From Camelus dromedarius (lineage: Eukaryota), in NCBI RefSeq assembly GCF_036321535.1, contig NC_087437.1, positions 17,114,001 through 17,178,000 of the forward strand: 64,000 bases of DNA, written 5' to 3'. Positions 52,106-64,000 of this stretch are shown piece after piece. The position numbers were made by a program, and so were the translations under genes. Each line of letters starts with the position of its first letter. Within the stretch, counting starts at the first letter, position 1. The notes beneath the pieces were generated by a model. That model worked only from the letters and a program-made list of their open reading frames with translations, ran no database searches and was not told the DNA's origin.

Positions 52106-54389
52106 TATATCAAATAAAAGGGGAGCGGAAACATAAAGTCTGTTCTGGCCAGTACCTTCCTAGAACTTTCTCCACTATGAAAAAGAAAAAATAAATTTCT
52201 ACAAAGTAGCCAGTCACCTCTTTCAAAATCTGCCCCTCTGGCTATAACTATCTATATGCCGCCTTCTTCCTACACAGAAAAAACACTCACCTGCATGGAT
52301 ACTGTAGTGGGGCAAAAAAATAGTATAGTAAATATTGTAGATATTGTAGTAAAATATTTTACTGGAGCCAAAAAAAAAGCAATCTTAATGTCTATAAAAG
52401 AATGTTTCACTAAATTATGGTATATATGTACAGTAGAATAAAATGTAACTATTAATACAAATGAGCTGTATTGATATGTTAGCACTAATGATATAGAAAG
52501 TTATTTGTGATATATTAAGTGAAAAGAGAAATGTGTATGGTTCTACTGTTAAAATAATGATATCACACACAAGCATACAGAGTAGCATAGAAAAAGATAT
52601 GAAAAAATTCAAACTGTGAAACTGATAGGCTTGCCCTCAATTCATTTTAAAAAGTTTAAATTTAAGACTTTACTAATAAGAAAATCTCTGAGAACTTAGC
52701 CACAGATCCTTAAAAAGCCAGCACCTGAATCACAGACTACAGTCAAATGACAAAAATCATGACATTTGCTATAATAATGATTTTATCGTATTATAATAGA
52801 GGACAGTATAAGAAGAATTTGAAGTAGTTAGAAATACACTATTTTAAAAATTGAAAAACTATAGAGAACACAGAAGAAATGTCAAGGCTAATAAGAAGAA
52901 ATAGAAATATATGGACAGAAGAGTCAATGTTGTCGTTAAAAATGAGTTTTAAATCTGCCTTTAAGCTTCTTATAAACTAAACCTAAAAGAAAGATAATCA
53001 ATTCAATACAGATATCTACACAGTACACTGAGTGCACATTCTTCAATCTGTATTAGATAAATATACTTCTCTCAGCAGGCCATTTGATAGAAACTTGGTT
53101 AAGCAGGCAAGGTCACAGAGAGCATTCTATACTTTGCTGAAGAGTAGATTCATTTGCTTTGGAAAAATATAAGCAGATCACAAGATAGTACTTTGTAAAC
53201 TAAACACCCTAATTAGGAATCTTAAATGAATAAAGGGCTCTCCCTCTTTCCAACTAAGAATCACTATATAATAAATTAATATTTAGATGATTTTTAACAG
53301 CTTTAGCAATTTCATATAACATGTCTTCTGTGAATGCAAATAAATAAATACATACATACATACAAACTGCATAGGTAGACTGCGAGTTCTTTATTATTCC
53401 ATAAAACAAGGCTGTTATTTCACCCTAAGGTATAAGCTAAAATGTTCTCAGTTTTCAGAGTTCTCTAAAAGCTGTTTTTCCTTCTTGTTGATTTTTGTGT
53501 TTTAACTGACTGCAGCTTCTGGCCAATCTGATTATATCACTGTCCTTTGACACAATTATATCATTGCTTAAACTTACAGAAATTTGTTTTTAAGTTAAGA
53601 TAAATGGTGTGACCCATCATGCGACAGGCCAGCTTTTAATCCAGAGTTAGGAATGGAATCACAGACTGTAATATCATTTCAATGTCATTTTCCAGAAAAA
53701 AAAAACACAATGCCCCATGCCTGCATGCACAGCATATTTCATACTTCTACTTGATACTGATCTTAGTTTTTCCCTTTTGTTTTGTATTATTCTGCTCTTG
53801 AAATACAAAGTACTGTCAACAAGTATACTTTTCAATTTAACCTGATAACCTAACTAGGTCTGAAGCTGACTATTACAATAGTGATGTCTAAACAAAACAG
53901 TACAGAAATGGTACAGATAAATTAAAATGATATTTTCAATATCAATCCTCTTAATGCAAAGTTTTTATATTTTTGGCCTCAGAGGAACTGAGGCGACCAT
54001 TAAAATAAACTGAGTTGCCTCCTACTCGTAAGGCTGGGAAAGCACTATCCAATGAACAGAACTGTTGGTTAGTGTAATACTCAGGAATGGAGACAACGGC
54101 AACACCTATTATACATGAATTTGTACCAACAGAGGGGATCCTAGTAATTGGACTTGACCATCCAAATTGAAAAGAGCCTTAAGAAGTCAAAGCAAAATAA
54201 CAGGCCTGAAAGACTCAGCAACAAGAAGGAGAAAAGAAAAAGTAAATCAGGAATCTATGAAACAGATGGGAGACTTAAAGCCTTTCTGGCTTTAAAAAGA
54301 AAAGACTTTCTGGAAGTTACAGTTTTTTTTCAAATTTAAATATTGGATAAATTTAAGAATAATCACTATAGAGAATGAATTTATTGCCT

Positions 54390-54710
54390 TAGAAGTTTAG
54401 TGAGGGGAAAATTCTCAACACAAAATAAAAATACAGAAATGGAATTCTTGAGGAATAGAGTAAGAGACTTGGTAGATATATCTAAGACTAATGAGTACAC
54501 ACGTTTCAGAGGGGGAAAAAAAGAGAAGACAATTAAACTGATCGTTATTAGAGGGAAATCGACCTGGTCAATGAAAGATTTAAATCTGAACATTAACATG
54601 GCCTATCTAATTGTTGCCAGAATCAATGGGAAATGACACATATAAGCATGTCCAGGCAAAACTCATAAATTCCAAGGAAAAAGAGAAAATCTTACAAATG
54701 TCAGGACCAA
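54390..54710 (+). mobile_element. Highly decayed L1/HAL1-like ORF1 fragment
   Basis: Peptides TEMEFLRNRVRDLVD, KDLNLNINMAY and KLINSKEKEKILQ resemble ORF1p. Confidence 0.4.
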
Positions 54711-54832
54711 TAGTTAAAGTCAGACAACATACACAAACTCCACCTCTACATACAGAGCATCCAATCTGCATTCAATGCCACACTCTTAAGGAAGCAAACA
54801 GAAGTCAATGCCAGACATTTGAGGAAAGCCTC

Positions 54833-55572
54833 TGCATCAATTGTCAATTTACTGCACCTCAGCTCCAAAGATACTCTACAGTAGCTGCTCTATCGTAATG
54901 AACTGGACTTTATAAGCATTTCTCCTTCACAGTAAGCACTATGTTAAGCTTTTATTAGCATAGAACTCTGGAAGGACACTGTAGAAGGAAAAGGGCTTCT
55001 CTCCCTGGGTTCCATGTGTCAGAGTTTAGCTTTTCTTGCTCTTGCTGAGTGTATGAAATGAAATCCAGTAGTGGTCTGTCCCAGGCTCATGTCAAGAGTG
55101 TGCAGTCCTCTGGCAACTTTCTACCCCAGGCTGAGGTTAGTGATTACCCTCCTGACGCAGCCCTAGTGACACAGACACTGGCGTGCTCCAGGTCTCATGC
55201 CGGCATCAGTGCCTCATCTTCCACTGTACAACTGTCTACCATACTGAACATAACTGTATCTCAGAGTATTGTTTACTGCTGCCCAGCTACTGTGAGCCAG
55301 TTCTGGTTAAGGCAATTCAGTGAACATCTTCTGTTATTCAATAGGCTGTAACTCTATCTTCTCCAACAACATCTGAACCTAGCCTGGAGAAGGGAAGTCC
55401 CCTCTTCCAAGGGTGTCTTTCCTTGTAAAATGTCCTTCAGCCCTCATAAATTGTGTTATCTTTACATCTTTATAGTTACTCTTCTAACATAGTTTAACAA
55501 TTATGTAAACAAATTTTACCAATTCAAATTACTCTGTAGTTTCTGACTCCTGATTGACACCAGATTGGTATA
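54833..55572 (+). mobile_element. 5' LTR of an ERV-L element (LTR41-like)
   Basis: The start tgcatcaattgtcaatttactgcacctcagctcc..gaactggac..catttctcctt resembles recalled LTR41. It ends gactcctgattgacaccagattggtata and is followed by the ERV-L PBS-like gaattagtcccaggaatgg. Confidence 0.65.
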
Positions 55573-58500
55573 GAATTAGTCCCAGGAATGGTTCCAGATG
55601 ATATACTAGTGAAGATGAGATTTGGGGACTCGTCTGGTCATGCCTTTGGGATTAAGCACAGGGCTCAGCTCCTTGCCAAGGAAATAGGATGCTAGTAATC
55701 TATGGCATGCAGTAGTTCAGAAAATCAGTGAAGCTATTACTTGTGGTTCACTGTGATGAAGCGTCAATTCAAGCACATGCCTGAGGAACTTAAGTGGCTG
55801 CTATATTTGCCACTATGATAGTAATGATGACTGTGAGGACAGCAGTGTGAGATACTTTTGTGTACAATGGAGCACCTTTGAGAAAATGACAAGCTCAAGT
55901 CCATTAACTCTCAGCTTAGGTCACAGTGTCAGAACCAGAGAGCTTCCATGATTGCCTTACAAAAATCTTTCTTGTAGGTATGGGGCTAATACTGCTGAAA
56001 ATCAAGCTAAAAATTTAATTGTGTAGGTTGCTAAATTACAACAGTTGAATTCAGTCTCACCAACTTTTGCATTAAAAAGTTTGCGTTTAGGAAAGAATGG
56101 GATCCTAAAACTGGAATGGAGACATCTAGTGTTGGTCCTAGATGAAACTAACAATTTTGACCCTGTTCCCACTCCCCCAAACCCCGCCAGTAACCGACAG
56201 CCTCCCATACCAGTGGAACTAGCTTGCTTCCCAGCATCTAAGAACACCAGACTTCCTTTATTTAAAAACCCTCTGATAATCTCACCAGGGCAGATGCCTT
56301 GAAGGGGGATGCTCATTCTCCTGAAGACCCACCACAACCAACCCCTGTTGCCATTAGGTCCATAACTAGGGTCAAAACTCAGCATGCTCCAGGGGGAAAG
56401 GTACACACGATGACCCAAGAGGAAACAGCTTACATACCCAATAGATACTGAAGGACCATGGATTGCAGTAGATGCCTAAGTATTTGACCAAGGTGGGTGG
56501 AATATGCTACATCAGAACAAATTCACTGGCATGGGTGCATTCATTAGCAATATCAGATTTAATACATTAGTTCGTGTAGCTGGACATGACTATAATTATT
56601 ATCTAATTGGTGCACTAAAAGTTGGATTTAAAGGTTGTGATGCCAGAGCTTTCCTGGCATTGATATGGATGGAGGAAAGAGTCTAATGATTTAGGGAGTT
56701 AGACTGTATTTATCATGTGAGAATTTCATACTGCTTTTCCTCACCTATGTTACACAAGAGGGCCCAGAAGGCAATGAGAACATTAGTGAAGGGAGGAACT
56801 ACATCTACATCCTTACAAAGGTCTGTGTTTACTCTCCTTTGTAAGTCTCATATGAGTGTAAGGTATGTAGCCATTAAGAAGAGCTCCCAGGTTTCAATGG
56901 AGATGATGAGATCCAAGGTAACACAGCCCAAGTGGCCATACTTAATCATCAAAGACAAGGTGAGCGCATTACCTAAAGGGTAGTAGGGATGTACTCGTCA
57001 ACAGAATGACTTGGCCTATAGAAATGTTTGGCAGTAACTGATTATAGTACCCCTAAGAACAAAATAGGTAGACATCCCAATAGAGTACTGTAATTTATAT
57101 AACAGGAAAAACTCTAGGTCTAATAGCCAGAAATCTGTGTCTCTAACAGAGTGGATAGTTACAGCCTTACCACCAGTTGCCAAAACTGGGTTAGCTCACA
57201 GATCTAGAGTCTACTGAATAAAGTGGAAACCGGACCCCTTGAAAAAATAAAACCCTGCATAATTACTGCAAGTCACACCACACACCTTCCCCTATTCCTT
57301 CTCCAGAGACTTGCAGCCATTAATGAGAGGTACTATGCACTGTAAAAAGAAAATATTTACTGTTAGTAATAGACATTGTCTCTGAATTGCCCTTAATTCC
57401 TGGCACTGTGGCCCACCAATTAAATTATAGAGGTTTATGGTGATACATGGGTCAGGTGATAGATGAGGTTGTAACTCCAGTCTGACTGAGTGAGCCACGC
57501 TGTTATTAATAGACACTATCTCTGAAGTGCCCTCAATTCCTGGCATTGTGGTCTCCCAGCTAAATTAGAGGTTTATGATGACACATGGGTCAGGTGATAC
57601 ATGGGATTGTAACTCAGTCTAAGAGTGAACCCAAATGGTCCAGGGACTCATCCTATGGCTATTCCCCCAGTTCCTAAATATACACTTGGAATAGAAATAC
57701 TTGACAACTGGAAGAAGCCCACACTGACTTTCTGACCCATGGGATAAGAGGCATTACAGTAGGAATATCTAACGGGAAGTTAACCTCCTTTCCTTATAAA
57801 GATAATAAACTACAAGAAATACTACATCCCCGTGGTAATTACAGAATTTAATCAAAGACTTCAAAGAGGCACAGGTGGTGAAACCTATTGTACCCTCATT
57901 AGACTCACCAGTTTGATCCACAAAGTAAGATGAATCCTGGAGAACAACTATGTTTCATCATAAACTTAATCAGGTGGTTACCTTCACAGTAATTGCAGGC
58001 CCTAGCACTTGAAATGCAGCTACTAACCTGACTAATGTCTTTTTCTACAATTAACAAGGACCACTCAAAGTTGTTTTTACCTGCAATAGACAAAAGTATA
58101 CCTTTCAGTGTTACTTCAGCACTATGTTAATTTTTCTGCTCTCTGTCATATATAGTTGTCTTGGTTATCTATATCTCACAATCTGTGAGAGTCAGAAGTC
58201 TAGATACAGCTCATCTGAATTTTCTGCTTAGGGTCTGACAGGGCTGCAATCAAGGTATGCTACATTCTCATCTGGAGGCTCAAATGGGAAAAAATCTACT
58301 TCTAAGCTTATGTTGTTGTAAGAATTTATATCCTTGCAGTTGGTTGTAGAACTGAGGGCCTTGACCTCCTGCTGGCTATTGGCTGGAAACAACCCTCAAA
58401 GGACCAAGAAGTTGCCCACAGTTCCTTGTCATGGGCTTCCCCAATACAATCACTTGCTTTGTCAAGCCAACAAGGAGAATCCTCAGAGCAAGTCTGCTAG

Positions 58501-58900
58501 CAAGACAGTCTTTCATACAACATAGTGCAATCACAGAATTGCCCTCCCATCACCTACGCTATAACTGGTGGTTAAAAGGAAGTCATAGATATCAACACAA
58601 AGGGAGGGGTCAAGAGCACAAATATTACGAGGTGGGGATCACCAAGGGCCACACTTGAGTCTGCCCACCACAACAGTCCACAGATATCTTGATCATCTTT
58701 ACATTACATAAAACATCACACTAGTTCACTATTTTGATGACATGTCCCAACCACTGAATGCCCAGATACTTAACTGAGGTGGTCACGGGGTGCCTAATGT
58801 TTTTAGGAGGTTATCACCCACCCTCTATTTTTGTGTATGTCTTTCCAAGGCTTTGCTTGTCCATACTACTTTCTGTTCATCATACCTAATAAGCACAATG
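55573..58900 (+). mobile_element. ERV-L internal region (gag-pro-RT remnants), 3'-truncated
   Basis: gag motif GKEWDP..WNGDI (~56090-56128). Protease IDT(G)SEL-LIPG-like (~57368, ~57508). RT DFKEAQVV..DSPV..SWR..KLNQVV (~57857-57980), LQHYVN-SALCH (~58113-58150) and HYFDD (58727-58741). No 3' LTR. Confidence 0.85.
58157..58672 (-). mobile_element. MLT1-family (MLT1F-like) solo MaLR LTR inserted in the ERV-L RT
   Basis: TG...CA ends (tgtcttgg..gcccaccaca) and 5-bp TSD atagt/acagt (58152-58156, 58673-58677). The RT sequence resumes across it. Confidence 0.8.
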
Positions 58901-59827
58901 CTGTGAAAAACAACAGTAAATAATTATGTAGAGTAAATACCAGGTAAAAAAACTAAAAGAAATGAAAACGTTACTCTGAGGAGTAGGACTGGGAGTGGGT
59001 ACAGAAAGACATGACTGATTGCTATTATAATCACTGTACTATTTGATTTTTCTAAAAAAACATGTATATGTATAATTTAAATAAAAATAAAATTCGCTTT
59101 CTAAAAAGAAGAAAATAAAAATATGGATCAAGAAACACTAGGTGAATAAACAAAACCAGAAAGGCTGAAGTGGCAATATTAACATCACATTGGAATTTAA
59201 GATTAGAAGCAGTAAACAGGAAATAGATATTATATAATGATAAAAGGCTAAATACAGAAGACATTTAACTATGCTTAAGTTTGTTTTCATACTTTTCAAA
59301 TTCTCAAATCCAATAATTTTTCATATAATTTCTTCTAATTGTTTTATGATGTCATTGTTTATATTTAATTTTTTACTACATTTAAATTTTGGTGCAAGAT
59401 AAGAGGTGAAAGTCTGCTTTTTTGTTAATCAGTTGACAATTATGAAGAGAAGAAGCAGATAGGGCACATTTTTAAACATAAATTACATTATTATTTATAC
59501 TTAGGTCTGTTTGTGTTCAACTGATCCATATGCCAGTTGTTGAGCCAATCACTTACATTAATATTTTCTGCAGCTTTATGATATAGTCTACTAATTGGTA
59601 GAGATTTTTTTCAGAATTTTTTTGGCCATTTGTTCTTCTCAATCACTTTAGCAATTTCAAAACCAGTCCCTAAGATTTAGATTGGTGTTGCATTATATAC
59701 ATAAATAAATTTTAAAAGATTTTTAAAGGAAATAAAAATAAACAATAAATATTTAGAAAAAACTACTGACTTCTAATCAAAAAAACACAGAATTCTGTGG
59801 ATTAAAAATGCCACCATTTAAAAACAA

Positions 59828-61160
59828 TTTTTTTAATTGAAATATAGTTGATCTACAATATCATGTTCAGGTGTACAGCACAGATGATTCAGTTTTTCTT
59901 TTTCAGATTATATTCCATCATAGGTTATTATAAAATATTGGATATAATTCCTTGTGCTATACAGTAAATCCTTGTTGCTTACCTATTTTATGTAGAGTAG
60001 TTTGTACCTGTTAGTCCCATACTCCTAATTTGTCCCTTCCCTATTTCTCTCTCCTCTTTGATAATCATGAATTTGTTTTCCAGGTCTGTGAGTCTGTTTC
60101 TGTTTTGTATATAGATTCATTTGTATAATTTAAAAAATTCTATTGAAATGTAGTTGATTTATAATATTTACAATATTATATATTATAAGTGATTTACAAT
60201 ATTAAATATTATACTTTATTGAAATATAGCTTCAGGTATACAGCATACTGATTCAGTGTTTTTACAGATTATTCTCCATTAAAAGTTATTACAAGATAAT
60301 GGCTATAATTCCCTGTGCTATATAAGATATCCCTCTTGCTTATCTAGTTTATACATAAAGTAGTTTATATATCTTAAATCCATACCTCTACTTTGCCCCT
60401 TCCCCTTTTCCCATTTTGGTAAGCTACTAATTTGTTTTCTATATCTGTGAGTCTGTCTTGCATATACATTCATTTGTATTATTTTTTAGATTCCACATAT
60501 AAGTGATATCATACAGTATTTGTCTTTCTTTGACTTATTTTACTAAGCATAATATTCTCTAGGCCCATCCATGTTGCTGCAAATGTCAGGAGTTCATTCT
60601 TTTTTGTGGCTGAGTAATATCCCATTCTGTATATATACCACACCTTCTTTATCCATTTGTCTGTTGATGGGCATTTGGGCTGCTTCCATATCTTGGCTAT
60701 TATAAATTCCTGCTATGGATACTATTATATATAAACAACAAGGTTCTACTGTATAGCACAGGGAACTATAGTCAATATCTTATAATAACCTATAATAAAA
60801 AAGAATATGAAAAGGAATATATATGTATATATAACTGAAACATTATGCTGCACACCAGAAATTAACACACTGTAAACCAACTATATACTTCAATAAAAAA
60901 AAAAATTGCTGCTATGGACAATGTAGGGCATGTATCTTTTCAAATTAGTGTTTTTCTTTTTTCCAGATACAAACCCAGGAGTAGGATCATATAGTAGTTC
61001 CATTTTTGTCTTCTGAGGAACCTCCATACTACTTCTTCACAGTGGCTGAACCAATTTACATTCCCACCAACAACATACAAGAGTTCCCTTTTCTCTGCAT
61101 TCTCTCCAACACTTGTTACTTGCAGACTTTTTGAGGACAGCTATTACGACAGGCATGAGG
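59828..61160 (-). mobile_element. Two tandem L1 3' ends (59828-60130 and ~60135-61160)
   Basis: Both begin attgaaatatagttgat..caggtgtacagca..gattcag and share tgtgagtctgt..attcatttgtat. The second extends into ORF2. Confidence 0.85.
60720..60902 (+). mobile_element. 5'-truncated L1 3' end inserted antisense into the previous L1
   Basis: 16-bp TSD with one mismatch: aaattcctgctatgga (60704-60719) and aaattgctgctatgga (60903-60918). Ends cttcaataaaaaaaa. Confidence 0.88.
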
Positions 61161-64000
61161 TTATTAATGTATTTGTCAACTATTTACTAAATGCTGAATA
61201 TATGGATTTTACTGTGGAAGGTGGTACAGCAGATACAGAAAGTGCTTGCCATAGGTCCTGATATCCAAAACCATTTAATCTTGGTGGTTCCTGGGGAGAG
61301 GGTGGTGGGGACAGGGAGGGGCTCAACCTATCATTAAGTGTGTAACTAGTATCTGGTATGAGGGAAGTCTGTGCATTAAACTTGATTGGAAGAGGCTGTA
61401 CATACTTTAAGGAACACTAAGGGAGTTTGCCTCACATCGAACAGATGCTTTCCAAGTAATAGTTAACTCTGACCACCTGTTTTCCAGTAAGCCACCAGCA
61501 GGAGCTGACAATGGAAAACTGAAGAGAAAATGCTACTTGCTTATGATGTCAGACTTTAAGTCTGGATTCTGTAAACCAGTGATTCAAGATGTTTGTATTT
61601 CATGAACCAGAAAATCTAAAAATGTAATTCGAGAGATAAGCAAAAAGTTGCCAAAAATTTAATAGTTAAAAAAAAAAAGAACAGAAAATGAGAAAGAGAT
61701 ACTCATTACTTGCCTTTTTCTCTTTTGCATGTCAAATAATTTGTGGAACTGTTCTGAACTGCTATGCTTCCTTGTATAGTCACATTACTCCCTTACTACA
61801 AGGAATAATGGTGTCAAAAGAAATCAACTAAGAATGTCCAAATGAGTTATTTTTATCAACCTCAACATTTTATTCTAAGCAGCATTTTCTTAGATAAATT
61901 CTCTAACACACATTTTAAAAGAACACGGTTAATTTGTAGTAAGGGACATTATATTATGCTTGGCAAGGTCTTTCTTGGCTCAAAACATGACCTCACAGAA
62001 GTCTTCTCCTTACAACTTTCTCCAGTCTTAATCCAAATTTTAACATGATGTACTCTAGAATTCCGTACAATATCTACAAATACAAAATATAGTATCTACA
62101 GAATCAAAACCACTTCAAGCCCCAATGAAAGGTGAGCTTTGAATTTTATCATAAACCAAGCATAACTAAAATATTTTGTACCACAATACACTGACATAAA
62201 TCAGCCTCATTTGATTCTCCCAAGAAGCCTAACAAGCAGGATTATCAACTACTGATAAGGAAACTACAGGCGGAAAATGTTTAGTGACTTTTCCAGTTAA
62301 ATAATGACCACCTTCCTTGTCTTCTAATAGTTCAGTATTTTCCCCACTATTGAATAATGGGGGTCAAGTTTAGGTTGCAAAGCTAAAAATACCTGTAAAG
62401 CATGCATTTAATTTCCAATTTTAAGCCAAATTTATTTTGAAATCTGAAGCCAGTAAGTCTCTTAAGATGACTATGTAATCTGTATCATGTACAACCATTT
62501 AAAACACAAAGTTATACTATTTTCTTCTTCTTCTGTAAAATAACTACACAGTTCTTGGTTTCCTTCTCTTCACTCTTTCTTCCACTGATTCTCCTTCCCA
62601 CCTATTTCCTCCGAAAACATCTAGAACTATAAAATTCCTCTACACATTCAACCACTTCACAAAATCTGTCTCTACCTCCTTGGCCCAAACTGAAACTTGG
62701 CTATTCTCCCCATGGCCTCAGAATACTACAGTACTTCCTTTTTCTGTGCTTTACGATAACTGCTGTCTCCTAGTTACCATCATATTCAAGCCGCTTTGTT
62801 TTTATCAGCATTCTAAACCTTTAAGACCCTTGCCAGGTGGCTTACCTTTGTACTTCCACTCCTCCTTTTTGTGATACATTAATTAGCCTCTAGAGTCACC
62901 CCTCTCTCCACCCCCAGTCATTCAACCTTTGTTAAAGCTGGAGTTTTAATAGGGGATATGGAGTTTTTAACTTTCTGAAGATGTGTGTTCACATATTTCT
63001 GCAGCCAGTTAGGAAACATTCATATTGGGGCCCAATGATGCCTCAAACAGCACCACATTTATAAACACATTCTAAGACTGTGCTTGTCAGATTAGTCTTT
63101 GTCTTGTTTCAAGCAACTCAGAACCCTCAAAGGACTACAACTACTGAAAAGGAGTTCCTGGCACAAATCACAATGTACATTTTTGTTCCTTCCAATGAAC
63201 AGTAAATCACATTTCTAATATTTGGTTACAAAGCTACAGGAGGAAAATAAAATAGTTATATGAAGTCATACTGCTACAAATTTAGTCCTCGATGCCATTA
63301 ACAATCCTTTTAAATATTGCAGACGAGTTTTCTCTCTGCACTTATTTCTTTAAAATCAATTCCAAAATTTTATCACTCTCCTCATCTATGTTCATGCTTA
63401 TCAAAAATTTCAGCTTTGATTCCAGGTTAAGAAATCCTGTACTAGATCAAAGGTCCTCATCAGGAGGAAACAAATCTCTTTTGTCTTCCTGTCTCAAAAG
63501 CTTAGGACCAAAGCCTAGGAAATATAAAAGAATTACATCAACATATATATAATTTTCTTTAGTAGTCTGGAAACAAATCCTGAAAAATATTTTTTGAAGG
63601 GTTCTGTTTTATACATGATTAAAGTTAGTGTATAGAGTAAGAAACTGCACAAGCACACTCTCCAAATTTACTAAGGTGGACAAAAGAAGAAATCCTAAAA
63701 AAATCTCATTTATACCTCAATATATCTTTATTTATATGATGTTTCCTGTATTTCAGTTCCTACTTAAGGTATTTTGACCAGAAGTATTAAAATAAGCTAG
63801 GTCCCCTCTTTTAAAATAAAGCTAGTATAAAGCACCACATTTCATACATTTAAATATCTATGAACAATTTATAAACACATGGAAGTATGTGTACATAAAG
63901 GCTAATTTTCCTTAAGATAACTTCATAAAATCAGCTCACTATATACATATATAATCTTTTATATATATATTTGACTATCATCACCACAAATACAGCAACA

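Noticed and set aside
54950..54980. LTR41-borne CTCF site
   Set aside because: The position where I recall the consensus having CAGTAGAGGGCGCTGG reads tagcatagaactctgg, so the core is destroyed.
55573..58900. Co-opted ERV-L gag/pol gene
   Set aside because: There is no long ORF; it has frameshifts, an LTR insertion, a duplication and an inversion.

Overview
AT-rich mammalian genomic DNA, very probably camelid, because it carries a vic-1-type tRNA-derived SINE. The whole window lies inside the cohesin subunit gene STAG1 on the minus strand. Only two coding exons are present: 46628-46724 (97 nt) and 12748-12824 (77 nt). They splice in frame to [58 protein letters not shown] and are separated by a 33.8-kb intron. 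The rest is intron filled with nested dead transposons: a complete Tigger2 split by L1s, many L1s of different ages, an LTR41-type/ERV-L provirus remnant, solo LTRs, MITEs, MIR/L2 and microsatellites. Almost all ORF-track entries are repeat-derived or spurious. I see no convincing new biological system. The best second-look items are a ~500-nt non-L1 segment imported into an L1 composite, several internally deleted or chimeric L1s with microhomology junctions, an inversion and a tandem duplication inside the ERV-L pro/pol, an extra ~700-nt intron-like block in the Tigger2, and a few candidate cryptic STAG1 exons. Repeat family names come from recalled consensus sequences, not a database search, and repeat boundaries are approximate unless TSDs or TIRs are quoted.
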